A DNA stretch of 64,000 nt from Podarcis muralis (GCF_964188315.1 NC_135656.1:77376001-77440000), one strand, 5' to 3'; positions 11,719 to 25,326 are shown, counted from the first letter of the stretch. Numbers and translations are program-made. Notes: generated by a model from the sequence alone, not told the origin.

Positions 11719-13142
11719 TCTTTTAAAATTTTAAAAGATGATGCTGTTAAGGTGCTTCACTCAATATGCCAGCAAATTTGGAAAACTCAGCAGTGGCCAG
11801 AGGATTGGAGAAGATCAGTCTACATCCCAATCCCCAAGAAGTGCAGTGTCAAAGAATGCTCTAACTGCCGCACAATTGCACTCATTTCACACGCTAGCAA
11901 GGTTATGCTTAAAATTCTACAAGGCAGGCTTAAGCAGTATGTGGACCGAGAACTCCCAGAAGTGCAAGCTGGATTTCAAAGCGGCAGAGGAACCAGAGAC
12001 CAAATTGCAAACATGCGCTGAATTATGGAGAAAGCTAGAGAGTTCCAGAAAGACATCTACTTCTGCTTCATTGACTATGCAAAAGCCTTTGACTGTGTTG
12101 ACCACAGCAAACTATGGCAAGTTCTTAAAGAAATGGGAGTGCCTGATCACCTCATCTGTCTCCTGAGAAATCTCTATGTGGGACAAGAAGCTACAGTTAG
12201 AACTGGATATGGAACAACTGATTGGTTCAAAATTGGGAAAGGAGTACAGCAAGGCTGTATATTGTCTCCCTGCTTATTTAAGTTATATGCAAAATTCATC
12301 ATGCGAAAGGCTGGGCTGGATGAATCCCAAGCCGGAATTAAGATCGCCAGAAGAAATATCAACAACCTCAGATATGCAGATGATACAACCTTGATGGCAG
12401 AAAGTGAAGAGGAACCTTTTAATGAGGGTGGAAGAGGAGAGCGCAAAATATGGTCTGAAGCTCAACATAAAAAAACCGAAGATCATGGCCACTGGGCCCA
12501 TCACCTCCTGGCAAATAGAAGGGGAAGAAATGGAGGCAGTGAGAGATTTCACTTTCTTGGGCTCCATGATCACTGCAGATGGTGACAGCAGTCACGAAAT
12601 TAAAAGTCGCCTGCTCCTTGGGAGAAAGGCGATGGCAAACCTAGACAGCATCTTAAAAAGTAGAGACATCACCTTGCCAACAAAGGTCCGTATAGTTAAA
12701 GCCATGGTTTTCCCATAGTGATGTATGGAAGTGAGAGCTGGACCATAAAGAAGGCTGATCGCTGAAGAATTGATGCTTTTGAATTATGGTGCTGGAGGAG
12801 ACTCTTGAGAGTCCCATGGACTGCAAGAAGATCAAACGCATCCATTCTTAAGGAAATCAGCCCTGAGTGCTAATTGGAAGGAAAGATCCTGAAGCTGAGG
12901 CTCCAATACTTTGGCCACCTGATGAGAAGAGAAGACTTCCTGGAAAAGACCCTGATGTTGGGAAAGATGGAGGGCACAAGGAGAAGGGGATGACAGAGGA
13001 CGAGATGGTTGGACAGTGTTCTCGAAGCCACAAACATGAGTCTGACCAAACTGCGGGAGGCAGTGGAAGACAGGAGTGCCTTACGTGCTCTGGTCCATGG
13101 GGTCACGAAGAGTCAGAAACGACTAAACGACTAAACAACAAC
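11719..13142 (+). mobile_element. 5'-truncated Bov-B (RTE) LINE with decayed RT
   Basis: RTE RT motifs (QQWPEDW, YAKAFDCVDH, LRYADDTTLMAES), (CTAAACGA/CAA) tail, 11 bp TSD ATTATAGGGTA at 11708-11718 and 13143-13153; several stops and frameshifts. Confidence 0.95.
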
Positions 13143-13889
13143 ATTATAGGGTAGCCTGCCATCTTGTATCTCTATCTCCTTGCTCTAACATTCAACCTTC
13201 TTTTATCTATTTGTTGTCTCCTAACATCCTATATTTTGTGCTCCTAATTCTCATACCTTATCGCCTCAGTCCTGGCACTTATTTCCAACAATCCTAAGAT
13301 GTTTTCTGCTTCTTTCTTAATAACTGTAGTTTATAGGTACAGAGTGCTTTACTCAATACTGCCCTACAGGTGATTGCCCCAGTGTCCCAGGCAATAAAAG
13401 TTATTTTGATTGTTCTTTTATTTTCATATAGGTGTTGGCTTTTCCCTCTAAGTAATATGGTACATTAGGAACAAATATCAAAGATATGGTTTTCAGTGAG
13501 CATGCAGTTGCTAGATCAGAGCTGCATCACTATAGATTATAAGAGATGTCACTTGGGTAGACCAGCTATAGCTGGGGAATCTGGAGCTTCTTCACTTGGA
13601 TGTGCACCCTAGTCTTAAGCATACTTAGTCAGAAGAAACTCCCATTGATTTCAGTGGGCTTGCTTCCAAGTGAGCATGAATAGGACCACAGCTTTAGTAA
13701 CACAAATCACTGAAAGAAGAACATTGGGTTTATGGGGAGGGGGGAATCCCCTGGCTTTCAGTGCAAAACGTTTCATATGAAAAAATATAGTAACCTTTGT
13801 TCGCTTACATTCTCTTATGTTTGTATTACTTTCATTTATAAGAAAAATAGCTTATGGAAGAAGCGTTTAAATTCTCTTATTCTCCTTAG

Positions 13890-14046
13890 ATCATTCAGGC
13901 CCGACTTCGTTCTTGTTCGACAACACTCGTTCGGCATGGCAGAAAATGAAGACTTCCGTAACTTAATCATCGGGATGCATTATGCTGGCATCCCAAGCGT
14001 TAACTCCCTAGAGTCAATCTTCAACTTCTGTGACAAGCCCTGGGTG
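13890..14046 (+). CDS. SYN2: Synapsin II coding exon (exon 4 equivalent), (R)[52 protein letters not shown]
   Basis: ccttag acceptor, GTG|gtaagt donor, 157 nt, phase matches the previous exon; GMAENEDFR and NSLES are SYN2-specific among synapsins. Confidence 0.97.
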
Positions 14047-15592
14047 GTAAGTTGACAGAAATTCCAGAGTTCAAAGACAACGGTCGCTTTGAATTGGAAG
14101 GTTGGAGAAAAGGAAGGAGCTGTTTTGTGTGATGCATGACAAATCTGGCCATCTAGATTTTTAAAAACATTGTTAACCCTATATCAGTCCAATGGTGGGC
14201 TCATTAATTGCCCTAACAGCTATAATTTTAATTTCTCATGTGAAAATACAAAACACTTTTACTGTGTGCTGTTTTGTTCCTTTATTACGTTTTTTTTGTC
14301 TTTACTCTAAAGAGTTCAAGGTGGTGTACATGTTCACATCTTCCTGCCCCCTGGCTAATTTTTATCTATTTAAAAAAATATGAGGTGGGTTGGACGAGTA
14401 GAGGTTTGAACATGTGCCTGTCTAGTCTGAGTCCAACATGCAAACGATTACACCACATTTGCTCCAAGTGGCAGTCTGTTTGTAGCCAAAATAGCGCCAT
14501 TAGTGCAGAAGAGAGAGTGATCAGAAGGTTTTGGGGGCACCCCAAGGTTTGCAGAAATACAAACATTTTAAGGAGGTACAAAAGCTTAAAGGGCATCATC
14601 CTCCTCCTCCTCCTCTACACCCCCCATAAAAAGCCATCCCATTAAGGGCTGCACATGCTCAGTGGCCACATAATGCTCAGTGGATGATGTGACTGGAGGT
14701 GGGGAATGGGAGTAAACGGGAGTGAAGGAGAATAGAATTGAATAGAACTGAGCATCTTGGAATGGGACATGGCTGTCTGAAACCCTGAATGAGAACACTC
14801 CACACTACATGTGTGCAGATCCCACTGGTAGATATTATCAACACAAATTGCACCTGCTGTGTGTAGAGCCCTCATCTTTCTCAATTTTGTTACATCTTCC
14901 TACTGCTCTTCCTTGAGGTCTCTGTGTGTGCATGCTGTAGTGCCCATAGAATCACTTCTGCAATCAGAAAGTTAATGTGAGGTGATAAGCTTTTTAGGAT
15001 GCCTTTGCCTTAGAGCAAGCTCTTTAAAAATGCTGGCATTAAGGACAAAAAATACTTGAATTCGGCATTTTTCTTCCTTAGGCTTCTCAGTCTTGACATT
15101 CCTGCTATTGTTTTAAAAGGTTGCTAGCATTTGGGACTAGCTATGCATGCCCTTATCATTTAAAACCAGGATGCCTTTATCTTTCTTCACCCAGCCCTTT
15201 GCATAAGAAACTGGCTTTATAGATTTGCAACATAAAATTGAAGAGCTGGAACATGCCAGTCTGAATGAAAGCATAAATGTCTGAGTGTTGAGCTGGTAGG
15301 ATGGGTTTATGCTATAAAAATTTACTACCAGCTTGTCAGTTATGAATAAATTTATCATTTATCACATTTTATGAAATCATGTTTTACTGAATGGCTGGGT
15401 AGGTCCTTTTAGAGATACGGCATGCGGGAGTTCTAATATTTTTTGTCACGTTTTAGCAAAAGATTTTGGCTCTTTAAAATGCATTTATTTATTTATACCC
15501 CACCTTTTCTCATAGGAGCTCCAAGTGGTCTCCACCCCCAACCACCATCCTATCCTTGCAATAACCCTTTGAGGTCTGTTAAGCTTAGAGAT

Positions 15593-15963
15593 CACTGGGA
15601 CACAGGTGGCACTGTGGTCTAAACCACTGAGCCTAGGCCTAGGGCTTGCTGATCAGAAGGTCGGCGATTCAAATCCCTGTGACGGGGTGACATCCTGTTT
15701 CTCAGTCCCAGCTCTTGCCAACCTAGCAGTTCGAAAGCACGTCAAAGTGCAAGTAGATAAATAGGTACCACTCTGGTGGGAAGGTCAACGGCGTTTCCGT
15801 ATGCTGCTCTGGTTTTGCCAGAAGTGGCTCAGTCTTGCTGGCCACATGACCTGGAAAAACTGTCTGCAGACATACATCGGCTCCCTCAGCCAGTAAAGCG
15901 AGATGAGCGCCGCAACTCCAGAGTCATTCATGACAGGACTTAACTGTCAGGGGTCCTTTACCT
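15593..15963 (+). mobile_element. Sauria SINE, subfamily B
   Basis: Head, body and tail; TSD TTAAGCTTAGAGAT at 15579-15592 and 15964-15977. Confidence 0.9.
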
Positions 15964-16189
15964 TTAAGCTTAGAGATAGTGATCAGCCCATTATGAGCTT
16001 CATACATGAGTGAAGATTTCAACCTGGGTCTCCTTTTTGATAGGGATCTTTGCTTTCTGTCTGGGTTTTTTGGGGGGGGGGGGCGTGTTCCAAGCATCAA
16101 CAATTTTTCTTCTGTGAAATGGATATTTTCTGGTACCCACAGCAACATTGAATGTAAAAATGACAACTACAAAATACCCTAGAGCAGTT

Positions 16190-16318
16190 ATGGGGAATAT
16201 GTGGTCCTACAGATGCTATGCTCTAACTTCCATCACCCCTGAGCATTAGCTATACCCGTTGAGGCCTATGGGAGATGGAGTCCAATATCTGGAGGGCCAC
16301 ATGTTCCCACCCTGGCCC
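16190..16318. mobile_element. Short palindromic squamate MITE
   Basis: ggggaatatgtggtcc...ggagggccacatgttccc. Confidence 0.6.
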
Positions 16319-16563
16319 TAGACAATAAATAATGCGTATTCTTAATCCATGGATACCACTCTCACCAGATTCTGGGATAAGGAATAGAACATACCAAGCT
16401 GCATTAACAGAACTGAGAGAACATATACAATAATTCCAGTAATCTCCATACAATCTATATTTTTTTAAAAAGGAAAGCAGCACCTTTCAGATCAATAGAA
16501 CTTCAGTCAACACAAAACTTACGGAATGCAAAAAAGGGGGGGAGGATTAGTATGGCAGTAAGC

Positions 16564-16924
16564 GGGTGGCGCTGTGGGTAAAACCTCAGTGCCTAGGGCT
16601 TGCCGATCGCATGATCGGCGGTTCGAATCCCCGCGGCGGGGTGAGCTCCCGTCTTTTGGTCCCAGCTCCTGCCCACCTAGCAGTTCGAAAGCACCCCTAA
16701 GTGCAAGTAGATAAATAGGTACCGCTTTAGAGCGGGAAGGTAAACGGCGTTTCCATGTGCTGCGCTGGTGCTGGCTCGCCAGAGCAGCTTCGTCACGCTG
16801 GCCACGTGACCTGGAAGTGTCCCCGGACAGCGATGGCCCCCGGCCTCTTAAGTGAGATGGGCGCACAACCCTAGAGTCGGACACGACTGGCCCGTACGGG
16901 CAGGGGTACCTTTACCTTTACCTT
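16564..16924 (+). mobile_element. Sauria SINE, subfamily A (slightly 5'-truncated)
   Basis: Subfamily-A body, ACCTTT tail; possible short TSD TAAGC. Confidence 0.9.
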
Positions 16925-17019
16925 TAAGCTCATTTTATTCAAAAGCCGTAAGAGCTGACTGAGTATCCCACCAAGATAATGACTGAGAAGGGGTTCACAT
17001 ATAACCTTTCATCCCATAG

Positions 17020-17200
17020 AGCATCAAAGTATGTAAAAGAGTAACCAAAATGATCAGGGAGCTGGAGCAACACCTCTACATGAAAAGGATAAAACATCGT
17101 CAACTGTTTTATTGGGAGCCAGGGGGAAGCAACTAAGGAGGAACGTGCTAAACATATGTAATGATATTATTCATGGTAGAGAAGGTGGATAGAGAGAAAT
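17020..17200 (+). mobile_element. Degenerate CR1 fragment
   Basis: accaaaatgatcagggg-ctggagca...gaaggtggatagagag resembles the CR1 ORF2 end. Confidence 0.45.
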
Positions 17201-19496
17201 TGTTGCCTGCTGCTTCCAGGACCAGAGGCAGTCCTCCCATAAAGGATTCCCAAGTTCATTCTGCACTCTCCTTTTGTATTTGGAAGGAGTTTCCCACTAG
17301 TCCAGTTTCCCACTCAGATTGAAGCTGCAACTGCAGTTCTGCTGTCTCTTCCTCCCTCCTGCAGCAGTCTGAGAGAGACTCCATTGGAAAGTTCTGTGCT
17401 CATTTTTGTGTGTGGAAGCAAGACATGAGGCCATTTCCCATTTAGGTGTAATTACTTAAATGCTGTATATTAGGGAGAGAAATGTCCTATTCTGTTTCAT
17501 GGCACATGCCATGAAAACTAAAATAGTAAGACTGTAATTATCTAAGTCTCTAATTATAGCATTAGCATTCACTGTACCCTATACCTAGGGATTTCACTCA
17601 AAGCTACAATGTTCCACTCTTAGGATAACAAAATATACCTTGCACATTCTTTTATTATCAAATGAAAGAGCTCTCTTGCCAAGTGCTTACTATTATCTGT
17701 ACAAAGCATTGGTGGTACACATAAAGATTTCAGCTGACAATCCCTTCCTCTCACTCGAGAAAAGCTCTTTAATAGATGAAAAGACAGCTTTTATATGAGA
17801 AAGGTAAGAATACAAAGTGCTAGCAATACAAAGAAAATGCACTAAGAACAAGAATTCTCACAGTAAAATCTATGAAGACATTGAACTATCAAGCAGTCAT
17901 CTTCGTACATCATAGAATCACAGACAGTGATCCATTTCCCCAAAGAAAAAGTAGCTAGATGGTTGCAAACAGAACCAAAGATGTTTAATTCCTCCTCCCG
18001 CTGCCCCATTTTTCTTCCCTGTTATTTTTATACTTAAAAACAAATCACATAGATAACATCACTCGAACTGAATAATATTCAAATGAATCACATTCATTTT
18101 CTTTTTTGATCAAAGAACAGATGTTATAAAATCTCTTGTGCTAGAAATTTTCTGAAGTATAAGCGTATATGTTTCTGGTATATGTTATTGTTGTTTCTTA
18201 TAAACGTCAGATGTTTAGTTACCAGGTAAAACACAATTACCATAACATTCTCCCATATTGATATGTGTTATTTTTTCTTTATTACCACACATACAGTTGA
18301 AATGAAAATAGCTCTAGAGGGGACTTGAAATACTAGTTATTAGCTTGAAGAGATCTTCTCATTCTGGTTTCCCACCATTTTATGGACTATGCCATATTTA
18401 AAATTGATTCAGAGTCCTAAGTTGCTAGTGCTGTTTCTTCCTGTTAATTTGTTGAAGTGACAAATCTTTAATTTATGCTTATCATTCATGTTTTGTGTCA
18501 TTGTGCATCCAGCTGAACTATGCTGGCTGGCGGCAGAAAATTGTCTGTTGGAGGCTCAACATTTTTGTTAATGGAGAATTAAGTGTGTGATTAGCGCATA
18601 GCACGATCCTCAACTCCAGTGTTGCTGTGGCTCTGGAGGGTTGTTGATTCTGCTGAGAGAAGTCCCACAAAGATAGCTGCTGTGATTACAAGACTGAGTC
18701 AAGGATGTTGTTGTTGCAACTGAGATTTCATAGTTTGAAGACTGGAAATGAGGGCATATGGAATTAAGTTCTCCTTCATAGGTGTGGCTTGTATGAGAAT
18801 TGCCTTAAAAACCTGTTGAATGGCTGGTGGTTTTGCAATCTTATAAAACAATCCCATAGGAAAAATGCACTGAAATTCTCCTCTTTGGAACCCCGATTCT
18901 AAATTCTTCTACATTGGGGTGATTAATTAGGTCCAGGATGGGTCCTGGTTTGGCCTATGACGCCACTCTCAACCAAGCATGCCCAGCTGCCCCACACCTG
19001 AACATTGGTACTTAAAGTGAGCTTTCAATTGTTCCATGGTAAGCAGGAGTGTGACAGGGTGCCGCACTGGGATGAGCTGCACTATATAAAATCTGTGCAG
19101 AAGTGTGTCAGATGAGCAATGCTAAATACCCAGTGCACATTTCTAAATTTAAGTGCCATTAATTTAATGTGGGATAATCAGTGCTGGAGAAATTTGAAAG
19201 GGCTTCCTAGATCGGAGGTATCCCTCAGAGAAACCCCAAAGGAAATGATGCAGTCTCCAAGTAAAAAGAATAGGCCTTTATTGAATACAAATATGGTCAG
19301 GCTCCTTAAAAATCATAGAGAGGCCACGAAGAGCTGTGTCCAAAGCAATGATTCTTATACACTCCCAGGTTACACATGTGATTTACATTCACCATTCAAA
19401 GAATCACAGCAGTCTTCCCATAGCAACGCAGTGTCATCATCCTGAACCAATCAAAATCATTTAGCTCCTCATTGTAATATCAGTCAATTACATATA

Positions 19497-20006
19497 CCGT
19501 ATTTTTCGCTCTATAACACGCACCTGACCATAACACACACATCGTTTTTAGAGGAGGAAAACAAGGGAAAAAACATTCTGAATGAAACAGTGGATGTATC
19601 ATTTTTGTGCTTCATGCTGTGGCCACAGGCATGTGATCTGATGGTGAATTTGGGGTGACCCAATGCAAAGATCCTGAGGATCCATGTGGATCCATGCTTT
19701 TTAACCACGTGTTTGCACCATTGCAGCCCCAGGCAACAGTGGGTGCGTGATTTTTTTGGTGCAGGCTGTAGCCATGGACATGCTATGTGATCTGATGGTG
19801 AATTTGGGGTGACCCAATGCAAAGATCCTGAGGATCCATGTTGATCTATGCTTTGTAACCACATTTTAAGTGGGGAGCGAAGGAAAAACAAAGAAGGGAC
19901 ATGAGAGGGGTGTGCAGAGAAGCAGCTGGCTAAGAATGCTGGAGAGGGATTTAACGGGTGGGAGGCAAAAGTTCCCCCCCAAGCCAGCCATCTCTCTCTC
20001 TCTCTC

Positions 20007-20042
<36 letters not shown>

Positions 20043-20401
20043 TCCCTCCCCCCCTCTCCCTCTCCCTCCCCCACTCTCTCTCCCTCTCCCCCAGCAGTAC
20101 CGGAGCACAGAGACGACACTTTCCCCTCTGCTTGCCTGGAGGGGAGGGGCTTTCCCTGCTCTTTGTTCCGTTTCAGCAATCACAGCAACGAAACAGAGGA
20201 GGGTGGGCAGTAAGACCCTGAGGCAGAATACAGGAAAGCTGCCACTTCCTCTTTTCAGGTTTCCCTTCTCTGTGACTCGCGATTTGACTTTTGCTTGATT
20301 TTTTGGCTCCAGGGACCACACATTCGCTCCATAACACGCACAGACATTTCCCCTTCCTTTTTAGGAGAAAAAATCTGCGTGTTATAGAGGGGAAAATACG
20401 G
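19497..20401. mobile_element. Non-autonomous Tc1/mariner-superfamily (Tc2/pogo-like) element, 905 bp
   Basis: About 26 bp TIRs ccgtatttttcgctctataacacgca / tgcgtgttatagaggggaaaatacgg, TA on both flanks, no transposase ORF. Confidence 0.85.
19991..20090 (+). repeat. (CT)n / pyrimidine-rich low-complexity tract inside the Tc2-like element
   Basis: Directly visible; source of the spurious ER/SL-repeat ORFs. Confidence 0.9.
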
Positions 20402-20937
20402 TAATCATTTTTCGGTGTCTTTCTTTATTAAGACTTTGACTAATTTCCCTGTTCATTAAATGTCTCCCAATATCCTTTTTTATCTATCTACAAAACAATT
20501 CAAGATTAAGCATAACTGCCATGACTAGTTGATTTTCTTTTCATGCGTATGGCGGTCACCATGGATTCTATCAGTTTATTCTTTTCTGTGTTCCAAAACG
20601 AACATTCGCTAAATACAGTACTTAAACACAGCTTGTTCTATACTGTAAAAAGTAGGCACAGGCCTTTTTAGTTTAGCTAGGCCATAGGCTCAAAAGAAAA
20701 TGGAATTGCCAAAACAATACAGGTGTATGACATTATTATTTTCTCCATCATTTGCACTTGCATATTTTACTTTTTATGCATTCCTTTTCTGTAGGTGGGT
20801 AATCAGAATATGGTAAACTAGAAGGGATCTTTTAACAGGCTCTTGAATTTTTGATAGATAGTAATTATGGTGCTGAATAACAGTGCTGAAGTAATTTTGA
20901 GCTTTGAGCTTAGAATTCTGTTTATTTTCTTTTGCAG

Positions 20938-21027
20938 TTTGCTCAGTTGGTGTCCATCTACAGAACCTTGGGACCAGAGAAGTTCCCTTTAATTGAGCAA
21001 ACCTTTTATCCCAATCACAAGGAAATG
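20938..21027 (+). CDS. SYN2: Synapsin II coding exon (exon 5 equivalent), [30 protein letters not shown]
   Basis: ttttgcag acceptor, ATG|gtaggt donor, 90 nt phase 0-0; precedes the TIMP-containing intron. Confidence 0.96.
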
Positions 21028-24000
21028 GTAGGTGTGAATAACAAACATAAATACCAGTTGATTCTCTGTAGTTGGGAAAGGAGCTATAATAATGCATGAT
21101 TCACATTATAGCTCTGCCCACCAGCTATTACTTGATATCAAATGCTACTTAAAAGTTGGTTTCATCCAACAGACCTTAACTTGGTTAACTACCCAGCTGA
21201 AATATCTAAAGTTCTGGAAATGGGGAAAACATTATTTAGCAGACTTTAAAAATAAACCATTAGAAACATTGAAATGAAAGATGTACTTTCCGTAGAAGAA
21301 TTCAACGTAGCTGTCACTGACTCATCCTCAAATGCTGTTGTGGTTTTTGAGTGCATTTGATTCATGGATTGCTGTTAACAATTGGTTTCTGTGATTATAC
21401 ACATGTTCAGCTTTACACTAACAAGCATTTCTCCTCTCGCTTTCAAATATGCCATCTAGTATGTGATAAAATAATGGACTACTGGAAAGGAAGCCTGGAG
21501 TGGCTTCCCACATCCTCTTATTTCTCCAGACCAATGAATGTAGTGGTTTGAATGTGAGTAGGAAGGATGAGAGTGTCATTCTGGGAGAAATCTTTCCCCA
21601 TCCCATCTTAGTTGAGATAACAAAAGAAAACCACTGCTGGGCAGGAAACAAACAAGCAAACAAAAAAAATGGGTGGACCTAAGCAACCAAAAATTAGTAG
21701 CCATCAGGAGAGTGTTCAGATTTGCATCTGAAACTCAGTGCAACACCAGGAAAATCACCCACATCTTCCATACCTCCAAGTTTGGACCTGGGAAAAGGAA
21801 ATTTGTTCCTGATTGTGCTGCAGAGGAAGCCCAAGCCCCGTTCCCCAGACTGAAGAGGGGTGGGATGATCCTGCACAGCTAGGAAGCCTTGGGAACCTTG
21901 TGCAGTTGTAGGGACAATTGCTGCCACCGCAGCTCTGAACTTGTTTTGTTGAGCTGTGAGTGTCTCAGAAGTGCACCAGCAAAAACAACAAACACCCACT
22001 GTCCTTTTTCAGTTCTGGAATGGAAAGCTGGGGCATGTTTGGCACTGTATTTCTGTAAGCAAGTCCCAAATTTCCACCCAACCTAGAAGCTGGAGACAAG
22101 CATGGGGATCATCCAAAGAAATCTGTGGACCTCTGAATCGCAACACAACTGCGAGGATGATCCTTGCCCAGTTCCATTGATGGAGGGAAGTCTGTGGTTC
22201 GTCATGCTTGCCAGAGAGTTGTGGTACACGAACCACAGTAGGACTACTGAGCTGAATTGCAGTTTGAGGACGTCATTGTTGACTTTAGACAGATAGAGAA
22301 CAGTCTGTGTTGGTATCAGGTGGTACTATTTTGAAAAGCCTGCTATAGAATAGTTGCTATGCACTGGAAGAGTAGCATTGTTAAATGTTGAATTGTTAAA
22401 TGTACAGTACAGGAATCACAAACTGGAAAATACAAAATTTGCTGTGTGGGTGGTTGAAACACCATTTCATACTGCAAGTGCTTGTGTTTTTTCCTCCTCC
22501 AGCTCTGGCAGATTCAATGATGGTGTTTGTTTTTTCAAAGAGTACAAGAGAAGCAGAATGAGGAGCACTTTACAGATACACTGTTACTGTGGTGTTTGCT
22601 CAGAAATATAAATGACAAATACACAATCCTGAGTGTTTAGGGACACATGTCTTGCCCTTTATATGCCATATATTTAATCTGAATCTCCTCGGAATTTGGG
22701 CTGTGTTGGAAAGATTGCTAGCTTCTCTAATTTGTATTCTTAGCATGTCTCTCACTTGCCTTACGAGCAAATGAGGTAGGCTTTGGAAAATCCTCTGCTA
22801 TAGCCAGAAATTTCTAGTTAACAATAGGTAATACAAGTTCTGTATTCATGAAGCTCCTAAGGCTGCAAGCCTAATCTCACTTACCTGGGAGTAAGGCCTA
22901 TTGAATTTAATAGGACTTACTTCTGGATAGTATTACACTATAGATTACATACCTGGGTGTTTCCCAACAACATATGGGCTAGAAACTTGCATTTGAATGA
23001 ATGAATTTCTAAATTAGATTCTCTGCTTAAAAAGTACATGACAGAATATGCCTAGCCCTTTCTATTGATTCAAAATATTTTATTATTAAACAACGAGGGC
23101 CTTAAAAAAAATTCTACACCATAAAAAGTGATTTGGAGCACAGTCCTAGATATGTTTACTTGGAAGTATGGCTCCTTAAATTCAGGGCAACGTCCCAGTA
23201 AAAATGCATTCTAATACATGTTTACCTATGAGTAAGTTCATCTGAGCATAGTGTGGCTTACTTCTGCATAAACATACATAGGATTGCACTATGTGTTCAG
23301 GATTGCAATGCTAGTTGAATTTGGTTTTCTGATGTTTACCTGACATTCCTGAGTCTGAAATATTCACTTACAAGATAGTAAAAGAATGTGTGTCCTCTTT
23401 TCTATGCCAACACCACAAAGTCATGATAGCTCAATAAAATTATTTTGCTGGCTGATAAAATGTCTGATTAATATTCTGTATGATATATGAATATAAACAT
23501 GACCATGGTTCTTCATCTGCACATGTATTATTTTATTATGGACATTTCACATAAGCAGTGATGACTGTAAATTTGAAGATTCTTCCTGTTGTGATTCTTT
23601 TTCTCTGAGGGAGACTTTGTAAAGGCAGTGACTTGGAAAACAGTTGATGCAGAATGACAGATAGATTTTGCAGTTTCTGTGAAAAGCTGAGCTGCTGTTG
23701 TGGGATGATCCAGAGAGAGGGAGAGGGGAATTGTCACTAGTAATGTTGGAGCCAAACCACAGTTGTCTAGGCAGATTTTTTTGGTGATGTTTCAAGAGTT
23801 TCTCACAGTTCCCTTCCCCTCAAAAACTTGCTGTTCAGAATTTTATACCAGAGTATTCTGAGGCTCTAAGTTTGAAGCTGGTCAATCGGATATACTTGTA
23901 CTCCTTTAGAAAAGTCTTGTGTTCTGTTTTCCCTCTAAAAAAGCAGTAAACTGCAATTGCACAAAGATAGCACTCTTCTTAACTGCTTCAGTAGATGGCT

Positions 24001-24849
24001 TTTAAAAATTAGCATTTTTTAGTTTTAAATGCTTATTGCTGCTAGGATAAAAGCTTAGCAATTTCCTTGATGTATTTTCGCATTTACCTAAGGAAATCAG
24101 CAGTTACAAATTGACCCATGCTGCAGATTGAAATAATAGATGAGGAAATGTTGGGATTTATTTTTCAAGGAAATTACATTACTTGCTTTGAAGTACCTGC
24201 TATCTACTATGTAATTTATGGGATTAAAAAGTCACATGCATGATACAGTAGAATATGCTTGCTATATTTAGTCTTGCACTGAATAACTTGTTTCATTCAC
24301 ACAAAAAACCATATATAAATGTTGATCAAAAATCCATTTTGGAAAATGAAAGATATTTTTTCAGAAAAAATAATGTGAGTTATATGCTTATTGAAGCCAA
24401 TGTTTCAGTGCCAAATGGCTTAGAATAAAAACTTGTGCTAATATATATATATATATATTCATTTTCTATGGAGTCACATTTCTGGGAATTGTTGTGGTAC
24501 AACAAAAAAGTTGACTTCTACATTCTGCAAAAACTATAGCATATTCAGCTGTTTAAACATTGTTTTAGGAAGTAGATATCCTTCATAACATGTTTCTACA
24601 TAACAGTATGGTCCTAAGCATGTTTACTGAGTAGTAAGTCCCATTCTATCCTAAAAGGTGCCTGGGGCTACAACATATGGATCTGTCCCACTGCCTCATA
24701 ATGCAGTTTGCAAAACAGGTGGAGAACAGTGGCATCTCCACTGGATTATGAAATAGTCAGAGATGCTCATGGTCAAGGGAGAACATTATTCCTGCTTCCT
24801 CTTTTATGGTGTATCTATAGAAACAAATTTATGAGCTGGAGTGAATGCA

Positions 24850-25037
24850 TAGGTCATAGGAAGTTGTTTTATACTGAATCAGACCATTGGTCCATCTAGC
24901 TCAGCGTTGTGTACTCTGGCTGGTAACATCTCTGTACCATATCATGCAGGAGCCTTTGCTTAGCTGCCTCTGGATGCTGGGGGTTGAACCTGGGACCTTT
25001 TGCATGCAGGGCAGATGTAGTATTACTGTGCTGCAGT
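24850..25037 (-). mobile_element. tRNA-derived SINE
   Basis: Reverse strand has a B box (ggttcaaccccc) in a tRNA-like head and a tail ctagatggaccaatggtctgattcagtat. Confidence 0.65.
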
Positions 25038-25160
25038 CTGTGCAAATTCTGCTGTAAAACGGCAGTGGACAGAAAATAGGTATCAATAAATAGGAACTAC
25101 AAGCAGGTCAGTGGCCAGATCACCATCAAGGGATATCATTAGAAGGTTAGCACCTCTTTA

Positions 25161-25318
25161 CAGTGGCATAGCGTGGGGGGTGCAGGGGGGGCCGGCCGCA
25201 CCGGGCGCAACATCTGGGGTTAGGGCAAATCCACAGGTTAGGGGGCGCAAATCCACGGGTTAGGGGGCGCAAATTACTTGCCTTGCCCCGGGTGCTGACA
25301 ACCCACGCTACGCCACTG
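25161..25318. mobile_element. 158 bp hAT-superfamily MITE
   Basis: 17 bp TIRs cagtggcatagcgtggg / cccacgctacgccactg (1 mismatch) and perfect 8 bp TSD CCTCTTTA (25153-25160, 25319-25326). Confidence 0.92.
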
Positions 25319-25326
25319 CCTCTTTA

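Noticed and set aside
15593-15596. Four extra bases CACT at a SINE 5' junction, complementary to AGTG after the downstream TSD
   Set aside because: A 4 nt match is not distinguishable from chance.
18480-18720. Unique, non-repetitive intronic stretch that might be a conserved enhancer
   Set aside because: Conservation cannot be assessed without alignments; no diagnostic motif.
19511-20321. Long ORFs with ER/GE/SL repeats (up to 222 aa)
   Set aside because: Produced by the (CT)n tract inside a non-autonomous DNA transposon; no domain motifs.
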